From IMG/VR virus record IMGVR_UViG_3300010885_064105, positions 1 through 64,000 of that record: a stretch of DNA of 64,000 nt. The stretch is one strand, 5' to 3'. Positions 19,119 to 28,445 of this stretch are shown here, one piece after another. Each line of letters begins with the position of its first letter. Within the stretch, counting starts at the first letter, position 1. The notes below the pieces were generated by a model. It did not search any database. It was not told the origin of the DNA and saw only the letters and a list, made by a program, of their open reading frames with translations. Position numbers and translations under genes: made by a program. The stretch comes from an uncultured virus (IMG/VR IMGVR_UViG_3300010885_064105). Taxonomy: Duplodnaviria; Heunggongvirae; Uroviricota; Caudoviricetes.

Positions 19119-20140
19119 TGAGCTTAAAGGATGACGTAGAAAAAAAATTCGGAGATGATATTATACTGAATGGTAATTCTATTGTAGATAAAAAATTAAT
19201 TACCATACCAATAAGTCCTTCTCTAGATATTGTTTTGAATGGAGGTATTCCTGAAGGCAGTTTTGTAATTTTAACCGGTCAACCAAAATGTGGGAAAACT
19301 ACTACTTCTCTAGATTTTTGTGCTACTGGACAAAAAAAAGAATACGCTCATAGTTCTTTTTCGGAAGGGCGTCAGGTATATTACTTAAACATCGAAGGGC
19401 GTCTGAAAAAACGAGATCTGGAGGGTATTCCTGGCCTTGATTTGACACGATTTAATGTCATAGGGTCAAAACAGGGTAAAATATTACACGCTGAAGAATA
19501 CCTTCAAATTGGAGAAAGAATTATTAATGAAATTCCAGGATCAATACTAATAATAGACTCCTATTCTGCATTATGTACAGAAGCTGAAATAACAAGCGAT
19601 ATGGATAAAATGCAACGAGCAGATGGTGCTAAATTATTAGCTAAGTTTTGCAGAAAAGTGGCTAATGTTATACCTGTCAATAGAAATATCGTAATTGGAA
19701 TTACTCATCTTATGGGTAACCCAGGGCTGGGTCATAGTGAGTGGAAAGAAAAGAGTGGACAAGCTATTGCTTATCAGACGGATATTAAGCTAAAAGCACA
19801 ATTTCATAAAGCATGGAAAGTTGGATCAGCAGAAGATGGTCAACAAATAGGTCAAGAAATTCAATGGCAAGTACAATGCTCGGCTCTCGGACCACCGGGT
19901 GGTACTATCACAAGCTATATAAGATATGGTCAGGGTATTGACAAACAAACAGAACTGGTTACACTAGCTTCAGACTTGGGACTAATACATAAAGCAGGGG
20001 CTTGGTACACCATAACCACGGTTGAGTCAAAACCAAAATTTCAAGGAACAGAAAAGGTTCGTCAATATCTTGTTGACAATCCTGAGATATACGAAAACCT
20101 GTGGATTAAAGTTAAGGAAATGATGGGGATCAAAGGATGA
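19118..20140 (+). CDS. recA: RecA/UvsX-like recombinase
   Basis: SLDIVLNGGIP, Walker A GQPKCGKTT, Walker B LIIDS, GLIHKAGAWY, KFQG. Confidence 0.88.
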   Translation: MSLKDDVEKKFGDDIILNGNSIVDKKLITIPISPSLDIVLNGGIPEGSFVILTGQPKCGKTTTSLDFCATGQKKEYAHSSFSEGRQVYYLNIEGRLKKRDLEGIPGLDLTRFNVIGSKQGKILHAEEYLQIGERIINEIPGSILIIDSYSALCTEAEITSDMDKMQRADGAKLLAKFCRKVANVIPVNRNIVIGITHLMGNPGLGHSEWKEKSGQAIAYQTDIKLKAQFHKAWKVGSAEDGQQIGQEIQWQVQCSALGPPGGTITSYIRYGQGIDKQTELVTLASDLGLIHKAGAWYTITTVESKPKFQGTEKVRQYLVDNPEIYENLWIKVKEMMGIKG

Positions 20141-20553
20141 TAGTGAGAGATCTAGATGGAAACATATCTCAATGGCAGCTTACTGGGAATATGGCTAAAG
20201 GCAAGATTGCTAACAAGTCTAATTTGCATCTAAAAGCTCGCTCAGCACTGATATCGTGTTTTCCAACTTTGCAATTATTAGAGGAAATACCAATTTTAAT
20301 TAGGAAAAATGAAACATTATTTTTAGATTTTTACTTGCCATTAATTCAAACGTGCATAGAAGTTCACGGAGAACAGCACTATAAGTTTGTTCCTTTTTAT
20401 CATCATAATACTTTAGGTTTTATAAGATCACAAAAAAGAGATCGCGAAAAAATAGAGTGGTGTGAAATTAATCAGATTAAATTTATAGCATTACCGTTTG
20501 ATGAAAATGAAAATCAATGGATTGGGAGATTAATAAATGAACAAAACGGCTAA
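20137..20553 (+). CDS. Vsr/DUF559-like PD-(D/E)xK endonuclease
   Basis: LDFYLP...IEVHGEQHY...RDREK. Confidence 0.75.
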   Translation: MIVRDLDGNISQWQLTGNMAKGKIANKSNLHLKARSALISCFPTLQLLEEIPILIRKNETLFLDFYLPLIQTCIEVHGEQHYKFVPFYHHNTLGFIRSQKRDREKIEWCEINQIKFIALPFDENENQWIGRLINEQNG

Positions 20554-21028
20554 AGAAGAATTACAAGATTGGGATAATATTCTAGATGAATATGAAAAGG
20601 GTCTTGGTATACCTAAATATAATAACGCTGGTATGCCAGAGCAAGAGCTAAATAATTATCTTACTATGGATAGAACAGAGCTAGAGAGAATAACACCAGA
20701 AGATTGTTCTCAAATATCTTATAGATTAGCTCAGTTTTCTTTTTATATACAACGCACCATAAACAGAGAAATAGCTAGAAATAATTGGGCTGATGAAACA
20801 ATTAAAATGGTTATAGCAGATGAAATAAATAATTATAAAGGATACGGATATGTGGAGAAATCTCTCCAAGCTATTAAGAATAATGAAAAGGCTCAAGCTA
20901 TAAATAAAATAAAAATTTATTCCAAACAGCGAACAGACAGATTATCATATTTAGCGAATTCTATCAAAAATCTATCAGATATACTTATTTCTATTCAAAA
21001 AATTAAACTGGCAACAAAAAATGGATAA
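20537..21028 (+). CDS. Hypothetical coiled-coil protein (possibly a UvsY-like mediator)
   Basis: All-helical 163 aa near the recombinase; function inferred from context only. Confidence 0.55.
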   Translation: MNKTAKEELQDWDNILDEYEKGLGIPKYNNAGMPEQELNNYLTMDRTELERITPEDCSQISYRLAQFSFYIQRTINREIARNNWADETIKMVIADEINNYKGYGYVEKSLQAIKNNEKAQAINKIKIYSKQRTDRLSYLANSIKNLSDILISIQKIKLATKNG

Positions 21029-21410
21029 TATTAATTTAGACCCACAACAAATTCAACAAATGATTATTATGCTTCAGTCCATGCTCCCCCAAACTGAAGA
21101 GGACAAACAGAATAAAGAGACTAAGTCAACCAAAAAACCTAAGGCCAAAAAGAATACTCAGACACAAACTAAAAGTAAGCCGACAAGAGAAAATAAATTC
21201 GATAGCATGACAGAAGCCAGAATGCACAAAGAAGATATAGCTATAGATAAGAAACTATCTGTTCTTCCCCCTGTTCCAAGAGCTAGGCCTTTTGAATTGG
21301 TAAATACTATATGTAGAGTTTGTGGCAAAAAAGAAAAAGTAAATCCTGTTTTAATAACAGAAGGCGTTGATAGGTATAAATGTAATAAATGTTCAGCAGG
21401 AGCGGGCTGA
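21021..21410 (+). CDS. Hypothetical protein with C-terminal zinc ribbon
   Basis: CRVC...CNKC. Confidence 0.65.
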   Translation: MDNINLDPQQIQQMIIMLQSMLPQTEEDKQNKETKSTKKPKAKKNTQTQTKSKPTRENKFDSMTEARMHKEDIAIDKKLSVLPPVPRARPFELVNTICRVCGKKEKVNPVLITEGVDRYKCNKCSAGAG

Positions 21411-22876
21411 TGACAATGGTATTGTGCGACCCATCTGCTGAAAGAGCAGTATTGGCTGGTATCTGTACTTATGGTGAAGATGCGTATCTTGATGTGGCTG
21501 ATATTATTCAAGATACTACTTTTACTATAGATAGTAATACGGTTATATTTAAATGCTTAAAAACTATTTGTGAAAGAGAACAAAAACCCTCTATAGATAT
21601 TGCTACAATTTTTTCTACTGCTGAAGAGTTAGGACTAGCCCATATTCTTACAAAAAAAGAAGAATTGCAGCATTTAAAAGCTGTTATGGACTTTCCTGTT
21701 ATTCTTGAAAATGTTAGAAAATTTGCAGCAAAAATAAGAAAATTAGAGATAGCCAGACTTTTAAGAAAACAACTAGAACTAGCTCAAGATAAGATTTTGG
21801 ATGTAAATGGCAGTGAGCCTATAGGTTCTATTCTCAGCATAGCAGAAGATACCATATTTAATTTTACTTCATTACTTAATGATGGTGATAATAATCCATC
21901 TTCCTTCGGCCATAATTTGGATGAATATGTTAAAAATCTAGAAGAAAACAAAATAGATCAGGTTGGAATACCAACAGGCTTTCCAGTATACGATCAGTCT
22001 ATCGGTGGAGGTTTAAGAAAAGGAACCGTCAATATTATAGCAGCACGACCAAAGACTGGTAAAACTTTAATGTCTGACAATATAGGATATAATGTTGCTA
22101 ATTTAGGTATTCCTACTCTTAATATGGATACCGAAATGAATAAAGAAGACCATATTAATAGAACTTTGGCCATGATGAGCGAAATTGAAATCAATACTAT
22201 AGAAACTGGAAAGTTTTCAGAGTCTCCTGACAAAAAGAATAAAATATTACAATCTGTTCATAAACTTAAAGAACTTAAAATGTTTCATAAGAGTATTGCT
22301 GGAAAACCCTTTGAGGATCAGTTAGCAATTATGAGAAGATGGATAGTTAAAGAAGTTGGTCTACATGATGATGGCACAGCTAAGGACTGTGTTATATTTT
22401 ATGACTACTTAAAGATTATGGATAGTGCAGGAATGACCCAGGACCTTAAAGAGTATCAGGTCTTAGGCTTTATGATGACAAGCTTACATAATTTTGCCGT
22501 TAGATATAAGGTTCCTATTGTTGCTTTTATACAGCTAAATAGAGATGGAATTACTAAAGAGAGCACTGATGCTGCTAGTGGTTCTGATAGAATTATTTGG
22601 CTATGTAGTAATTTCAGTATATTTAAAAGAAAAACTCCAGAAGAGATAGCTGAAGATGGTCCAGAAAATGGTAATAGAAAACTAGTCCCTTTAATTAGTA
22701 GACATGGAGGCGGTTTAGATGATAATGACTACATTAATTGTCATATGAAGGGCTGGTGTGCAAAAATTACTGAAGGTCGTACTAGGTTAGAAATTATTAA
22801 TAATAAGGGTGGAAAGAAAGATGGATTCATTGTTGATGAGCAAAGCGAAAATGAACAAGAAATCAAGTTCGACTAA
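21410..22876 (+). CDS. dnaB: Replicative DNA helicase (DnaB family)
   Basis: AERAVL, GIPTGF, Walker A ARPKTGKT, DTEM, FYDYL, QLNR, SGSD. Confidence 0.92.
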   Translation: MTMVLCDPSAERAVLAGICTYGEDAYLDVADIIQDTTFTIDSNTVIFKCLKTICEREQKPSIDIATIFSTAEELGLAHILTKKEELQHLKAVMDFPVILENVRKFAAKIRKLEIARLLRKQLELAQDKILDVNGSEPIGSILSIAEDTIFNFTSLLNDGDNNPSSFGHNLDEYVKNLEENKIDQVGIPTGFPVYDQSIGGGLRKGTVNIIAARPKTGKTLMSDNIGYNVANLGIPTLNMDTEMNKEDHINRTLAMMSEIEINTIETGKFSESPDKKNKILQSVHKLKELKMFHKSIAGKPFEDQLAIMRRWIVKEVGLHDDGTAKDCVIFYDYLKIMDSAGMTQDLKEYQVLGFMMTSLHNFAVRYKVPIVAFIQLNRDGITKESTDAASGSDRIIWLCSNFSIFKRKTPEEIAEDGPENGNRKLVPLISRHGGGLDDNDYINCHMKGWCAKITEGRTRLEIINNKGGKKDGFIVDEQSENEQEIKFD

Positions 22877-24005
22877 AGACCAGGCTAAATTAAAAGTTGT
22901 TTGTGATAATCTTTGCGATAATGTCTGTGATCTACTTGATGTTTTTCAAATAGAATATAGAAATAATTCTAAGATGATTACTATGTCATGTCCAATACAT
23001 GGTGGAGATAATAAATCTGCTATTAATCTTTATCCAGAGGGAGATACATACAGAGGCAATTGGAAATGCAGAACACACAATTGCGAACAAATTTTCAAGT
23101 CTTCTATTATAGGATTTATTAGAGGAATATTATCTCATAATAAATATGGTTGGTCTAAAGATGGAGATAAGTCTTGTTCATTTGATGAAGCTTTAAATTT
23201 TGCTCTAAATTTTCTTAAAAAAGATCTTGATAGTATAAAGATATCTAAATCATCAAAAGATAAACAGTTTTTCTCTAGCGCCGTCAATTATTTAACAAAT
23301 AAACCGATATCGCAAAATGATGGACCAAAACCACTCAGAGAACAAATAAGAAGGTCTTTATCTATACCAGCCAACTATTATACTAACCGCAATTACTCTG
23401 CAGAAATATTAGATAAATATGATATAGGACTATGCTCTAAACCAAATAAGGAAATGTATAACAGGGTTGTTGTGCCAATTTATGATAACGACTATCATCA
23501 TATGATAGGCTGTTCAGGTAGAAGCATATTTGAAAAATGTAACTCATGCTCATCTTATCATGACAATATACAGGAATGTCCACCAGAACATAATAGGTGG
23601 TTATTTTCTAAGTGGAAACATAGTTCAAATTTTAAGAGTCAAAATTGCTTATATAATTTTTGGTTTGCAAAATCATTTATACAAAAATCAGCTACAGCTA
23701 TTATAGTTGAAAGCCCAGGCAATGTATGGAGATTGGAGGAAAATGGTATTCATAACAGCGTAGCTATGTTTGGATCATCATTAAGCGATAGGCAAAAAAT
23801 TATTTTGGATTCTTCGGGAGCTATGACTCTTATAATACTAACTGATCAAGATGAAGCTGGTCGCAAAGCTTCTGAACAGATTAGTTCAAAATGTAAAAAT
23901 ACATATCGTATTTTTATACCTAAAATCAGTAAACCCGATGTTGGCGAAATGACATCTATAGAGATTAAAGAACAAATTCATGATTATATAGAAAGTATTG
24001 AATGA
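22851..24005 (+). CDS. dnaG: DNA primase (DnaG-like)
   Basis: Zn motif CPIH...CRTHNC; NRVVVPI, SGR, Toprim IVES and TDQDEAG; start codon uncertain. Confidence 0.88.
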   Translation: MNKKSSSTKDQAKLKVVCDNLCDNVCDLLDVFQIEYRNNSKMITMSCPIHGGDNKSAINLYPEGDTYRGNWKCRTHNCEQIFKSSIIGFIRGILSHNKYGWSKDGDKSCSFDEALNFALNFLKKDLDSIKISKSSKDKQFFSSAVNYLTNKPISQNDGPKPLREQIRRSLSIPANYYTNRNYSAEILDKYDIGLCSKPNKEMYNRVVVPIYDNDYHHMIGCSGRSIFEKCNSCSSYHDNIQECPPEHNRWLFSKWKHSSNFKSQNCLYNFWFAKSFIQKSATAIIVESPGNVWRLEENGIHNSVAMFGSSLSDRQKIILDSSGAMTLIILTDQDEAGRKASEQISSKCKNTYRIFIPKISKPDVGEMTSIEIKEQIHDYIESIE

Positions 24006-24613
24006 CCAAAATTATAGCATTCTCTGGAAGAAAACAATCTGGCAAAAGTACTGGAGCAGAACATATACAAGCTTTATTAAACCATAGAAACATCAGCAAT
24101 AAAATCTATAGTTTTGCTGACCCATTAAAACAAGACATATGTATAAATATGCTAGGGTTAACATATGACCAGTGCTATGGAACTGATACTGATAAGAATA
24201 GTTTAACAGATATACTATGGGAAAATATTCCTGGATATGATGGAGATTTTATTGGACCAATGTCTGCTAGGGAAGTAATGGAGATAATTGGTACCAATAT
24301 TTTTCGTAAAATAAAGAATGATGTTTGGGTCCAAGCAACACTCAACAGTATCAAAAAACAAAATCCTGACATAGCTATAATTCCAGACTGTAGATTTCCT
24401 AATGAAGTTGATCAAATACTAAATTTAGGCGGCTATGTTATAAGGGTAACAAAAGATCCTTTCGCCTCGCAAGCTGATGCTGAAATTGCTTTGGATCCTA
24501 CTAATTATAATTGGGAAAAATTTAGTATTGTTATAGATAATGATAATATGGATATGTCTGAAAAAAATAAACTTATAGAACAATTCCTAAATAAGACTGA
24601 AATTTTAAATTAA
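24002..24613 (+). CDS. Deoxynucleoside monophosphate kinase (T4 gp1-like)
   Basis: SGRKQSGKST, SFADPLK, REVMEIIGT, DCRFPNE. Confidence 0.9.
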   Translation: MTKIIAFSGRKQSGKSTGAEHIQALLNHRNISNKIYSFADPLKQDICINMLGLTYDQCYGTDTDKNSLTDILWENIPGYDGDFIGPMSAREVMEIIGTNIFRKIKNDVWVQATLNSIKKQNPDIAIIPDCRFPNEVDQILNLGGYVIRVTKDPFASQADAEIALDPTNYNWEKFSIVIDNDNMDMSEKNKLIEQFLNKTEILN

Positions 24614-25653
24614 TGATTATCACATACATACGCAGTTCCAGTTATGGTACACATAGCTTATGTCCTATGCAATATATGCTTGAATATGTTTTAGGAATAA
24701 GAAGTCCAAGCGGGCTAAAAGCTGCTAAAGGCACAGTTTTACATAAGGTAATGGAGATTCTTGCTATTATTAAAAAAGGTATCCAAGATGGATTACCCAC
24801 GATAGAAGACGATATTATTGGAAAAATCAATACAAAGGACTATAATTTAAATACAATAATTGAAAAAGTATACAACCATTATTCATCTGCCGAAAAGCAC
24901 CACTCTTGGACCCCAAAGGACTATAAAGATTGTCATAATTGGGTATATAAAGCATTAGAGTATAATAATGGTATGTTTGACCCTAGAAATCAAGATATAG
25001 TTCAGCCTGAACAACGTTTTGATATTGAAATTAATAAGCCATGGGCTAAATATAAATATGAAACGAAAGATGGAATATTAGAAGGCAATCTAGCCATAAA
25101 AGGAACAATAGACTTAATTACTAGGGTTAATGATAAAACATTAGAAATAGTTGACTATAAAACAGGGAGACGATTAGATTGGGCAACAGGTGAGGAAAAA
25201 ACACAGGCGAAGTTACAAAATGATGCTCAGTTAAGAATATATCATTATGCTATACAGCATTTATATCCAGAGATAGAACATGTCATGGTTTCTATATATT
25301 TTATAAATGATGGTGGAGCATTCAGTATATGTTTTGATAAAAAAGATATATTCCAAACGGAAATGATGCTTAAGGCAAAATTTGAAACAATAAAAAATAC
25401 ATATAAGCCACAATTAAATAAAAGTTGGAAATGTACTAAATTCTGTCATTTTGGCAAAAGTACATTTGCAAATACTCATGTGTTACCAATAATTGAATAC
25501 AGAGATAATCAAGTAACACCAAAAGATCAATGTATGACCAAATGTGAACAGGTCAAACATGATATGGATATAAAAGGCGTAGACGAGGTAGTTGACCAAT
25601 ACCAAGTTCCGGGTTATAGTATAGGACACTACAAGGCACCCGGCAGCGTTTAA
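24613..25653 (+). CDS. PD-(D/E)xK exonuclease, Cas4/AddB-like
   Basis: CP near N-terminus, GTVLH, GTIDL...IVDYKTG, QLRIY, C-terminal Cys cluster. Confidence 0.85.
   Translation: MIITYIRSSSYGTHSLCPMQYMLEYVLGIRSPSGLKAAKGTVLHKVMEILAIIKKGIQDGLPTIEDDIIGKINTKDYNLNTIIEKVYNHYSSAEKHHSWTPKDYKDCHNWVYKALEYNNGMFDPRNQDIVQPEQRFDIEINKPWAKYKYETKDGILEGNLAIKGTIDLITRVNDKTLEIVDYKTGRRLDWATGEEKTQAKLQNDAQLRIYHYAIQHLYPEIEHVMVSIYFINDGGAFSICFDKKDIFQTEMMLKAKFETIKNTYKPQLNKSWKCTKFCHFGKSTFANTHVLPIIEYRDNQVTPKDQCMTKCEQVKHDMDIKGVDEVVDQYQVPGYSIGHYKAPGSV
25592..25620 (+). promoter_or_regulatory. Sigma70-like promoter upstream of dnaE-N
   Basis: TTGACC-N17-TATAGT within the end of the upstream gene. Confidence 0.4.
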
Positions 25654-25658
25654 TATAT

Positions 25659-27536
25659 ATGGCAGTCAATTATATACCTCTTCATGTTCATTCTACATAT
25701 TCTTTATTGGATGGATTATCTCAACCGTCTACTATTGCTGAGAGATGTTTAGAGATCGGAGCAACGTCATGTGCTATCACGGATCATGGTAATATAGCAG
25801 GATGTGTTAAGTTTTATACCGAAATGAAAAAACATGGAATAAAGCCTATATTGGGGTGTGAGCTATATATTTGTGATTTAGATCCATCAATACAAAAGCC
25901 GGAAAATAAAAAATTAAGTCATTTGGTAATTTTAGCAAAAAACTATAAAGGTTGGGAAAGTTTAATAAGAATAGTATCAGAATCAAATCGTCCAAATTTT
26001 TATTATCACAAGCCAAGACTAGCATTAAACAATCTAGCTCAATTTTGCAATAATAATATTATAGCCTTTTGTGGACATCTTGGATCAACATTAGCAGATA
26101 AAATAACTGATAACTATAACCTCAAACCAAATTGGATAGATATAGGAACACAAGAAATATCTCTTTACAAAGATATTTTTGGATCAGATAATTTCTTCTT
26201 GGAAGCGCAACTTATGGATAAAGAGAATACTCCTATGCAAGAGGTTTTAACTGAAGCAATCAGAAAATTATCCAAAATTACCAATACTAAGATTATATGC
26301 ACACCGGATGCTCATTACTCCCGTAAAGAAGATGCAATAGATCAAAGAATATTATTATGTAATAATTTAAAAATGACATTTCCTGATATTAGCAGAAAAA
26401 TAGCTAATGACGATGATGTGGCGTTAGGATGCTTTTTTACATCTGAAAATTTTCATATATTATCACAAGAAGAAATAGCACAATTACACACAGAAGAAGA
26501 AATAGTTAATACTAACTTAGTAGCAGATATGTGCGAAGAATATAATATCCTACATAAGCCAAGACTACCTCCTTTTCCATGTCCCAAAGGAATGGATGAT
26601 GTTGAATATCTGAGAGAATTATGTCGCAAAGGTTGGAAAGCTAAAATTGCTAATATTATTCCGAAGGAAGAGCAACAAATTTATGTAGACAGAGTGAAAT
26701 ATGAACTAGATATATTACAGGGAGCAGGATTATCTAGTTATTTTTTAATAGTACAAGACATTGTAAACTATGTAAGGAAAAATGGCTGGCTGCCTGGACC
26801 CGGAAGAGGATCTGCTTCTGGTTGTTTAGTGTCATACTTGATAGGTATTACCAGTATTGATCCAATAAAATATGGTTTGTTATTTGAAAGATTCTATAAT
26901 AGCGGAAGAAATTCTAAAGACCATATATCCATGCCAGATATTGATGTTGACGTTCCTATAGACAAAAGAGAAAACATTATAGAATATATTAAACAAACCT
27001 ATGGTCATGACAAAGTATCTCAAATGATTACATTTAATACTATGAAAGGCAGAGGTGCTCTAAAAGATGTACTTAGAGTTTATGGAAATATTAGTTTTGA
27101 TGAAATGAACAAAATAACCAAAAATATACCAGATGAATCTAAAATTGCTGACGATCTTCAGGAAATGAAGGACGAAACAGGAGAGGCCTCAATAATACGG
27201 TGGGCATTAGAAAATCAGCCAGAAAAACTCAAAGAGTGGTGCTATATAGATGAAAACAATGAACTACAAGGCCCACTTGCAAAAAGGTTTGAGCAGGCTA
27301 TAAGATTAGAAGGCACTAAATCCAATCAATCCAAACACGCGGCAGGAATTGCAATAAGTTCAGAACCTTTGAACACTATTTGTCCGATGGTTTATGACAG
27401 CAAAAATGATCAAATGATAGCAGGTATGGAAATGCAAGATTTGGAAGCTCTTGGCGTTATCAAGTTTGATATTCTAGGTATTGCTATGTTGGATAAAATT
27501 ATGACTATTCAAGACATTTTAAAAAATGGAGAATAA
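25659..27536 (+). CDS. dnaE: DNA polymerase III alpha, N-terminal part (PHP, palm, thumb)
   Basis: HVHSTYSLLDG, TDHG, DAHY, GPGRGS, FERF, PDIDVD, HAAG, KFDILG; ends just after the palm. Confidence 0.93.
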   Translation: MAVNYIPLHVHSTYSLLDGLSQPSTIAERCLEIGATSCAITDHGNIAGCVKFYTEMKKHGIKPILGCELYICDLDPSIQKPENKKLSHLVILAKNYKGWESLIRIVSESNRPNFYYHKPRLALNNLAQFCNNNIIAFCGHLGSTLADKITDNYNLKPNWIDIGTQEISLYKDIFGSDNFFLEAQLMDKENTPMQEVLTEAIRKLSKITNTKIICTPDAHYSRKEDAIDQRILLCNNLKMTFPDISRKIANDDDVALGCFFTSENFHILSQEEIAQLHTEEEIVNTNLVADMCEEYNILHKPRLPPFPCPKGMDDVEYLRELCRKGWKAKIANIIPKEEQQIYVDRVKYELDILQGAGLSSYFLIVQDIVNYVRKNGWLPGPGRGSASGCLVSYLIGITSIDPIKYGLLFERFYNSGRNSKDHISMPDIDVDVPIDKRENIIEYIKQTYGHDKVSQMITFNTMKGRGALKDVLRVYGNISFDEMNKITKNIPDESKIADDLQEMKDETGEASIIRWALENQPEKLKEWCYIDENNELQGPLAKRFEQAIRLEGTKSNQSKHAAGIAISSEPLNTICPMVYDSKNDQMIAGMEMQDLEALGVIKFDILGIAMLDKIMTIQDILKNGE

Positions 27537-27540
27537 TATT

Positions 27541-27729
27541 ATGGTAAAATTTATGGATCTTACAGTTGGTCAAAAGTTTAAGGTTTCGATTAATGGTGGT
27601 CCCGTCAGTGAATATATAAAAATACCCGAAGAAAGAAAGAGCTGTTGTCATGTATTGACCGCAGCGTTACTCTCTGATCCTGCCCAAAAGGTTCAGGTCA
27701 CGCCTCTAGTAGAAGTAGAATTAATTTAA
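27541..27729 (+). CDS. Small hypothetical beta-rich protein
   Basis: GGAG RBS at 27528; KFMDLTVGQKF, KSCC. Confidence 0.65.
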   Translation: MVKFMDLTVGQKFKVSINGGPVSEYIKIPEERKSCCHVLTAALLSDPAQKVQVTPLVEVELI

Positions 27730-27752
27730 GATACCCTATAATATAAAAACTA

Positions 27753-28445
27753 ATGATTAACTATAATAAAATTTGTGTTTTTGATTTTGAAACAGATGGT
27801 TCCGATCCTAGGATCTGTAGTCCTGTACAAATAGCAGCTCTAATAATAGATCCTATAAAATTAGAGATTGTTCCCAAATCAGAGTTTAATGTTTTCTTTA
27901 AGCCCGAAACCTTAGCTAAAGATGAAAATTATGTATATACTACAGACATATTAGATTTTCATGCTAAGGTCAGGAGTTGTTCAAAAGAAGATATTTTATC
28001 TCAATGGAAAGAATATCCTCCGCAGGAACAGTCTTGGAAAATGTTTACAAATTATTTAGAAATGCATCATAGTAGGTCATCTAAAAAAAGTCAATTTAGT
28101 GCTCCAATAGCAGCTGGATACAACATTAATAGATTTGATCTGAATATTATAGACAGACTCAGTATAAAATATGGATTTACAAATAAAGAAGGTAGATCTG
28201 ATATATTTTATCCACGAGATGTTATAGATCTGATGAATCTGGTATTTTATTGGTTTGAAAGTAATAGCGATCTTAAGAGCTATACTTTAGATTCCTTAAG
28301 AGACTATTTTGGAATATCTAAGGTTGGGGCACATGATGCTTTTAAGGACGTGCAAGACTGTGCTGAAATTCTGATCAGATTTTTGAGACTGCATCGTAAT
28401 TTGAGTAACAAAATTAAGTTCAAAGATTCTTTTACAAATGTCTAA
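27753..28445 (+). CDS. DEDDh 3'-5' exonuclease (DnaQ/epsilon-like)
   Basis: FDFETDG, AGYNINRFD, AHDAFKD. Confidence 0.9.
   Translation: MINYNKICVFDFETDGSDPRICSPVQIAALIIDPIKLEIVPKSEFNVFFKPETLAKDENYVYTTDILDFHAKVRSCSKEDILSQWKEYPPQEQSWKMFTNYLEMHHSRSSKKSQFSAPIAAGYNINRFDLNIIDRLSIKYGFTNKEGRSDIFYPRDVIDLMNLVFYWFESNSDLKSYTLDSLRDYFGISKVGAHDAFKDVQDCAEILIRFLRLHRNLSNKIKFKDSFTNV

Noticed and set aside
24613..25653. Cas4 as a sign of a CRISPR-Cas system
   Set aside because: No array or other cas genes seen; a solo exonuclease in a replication module is common in phages
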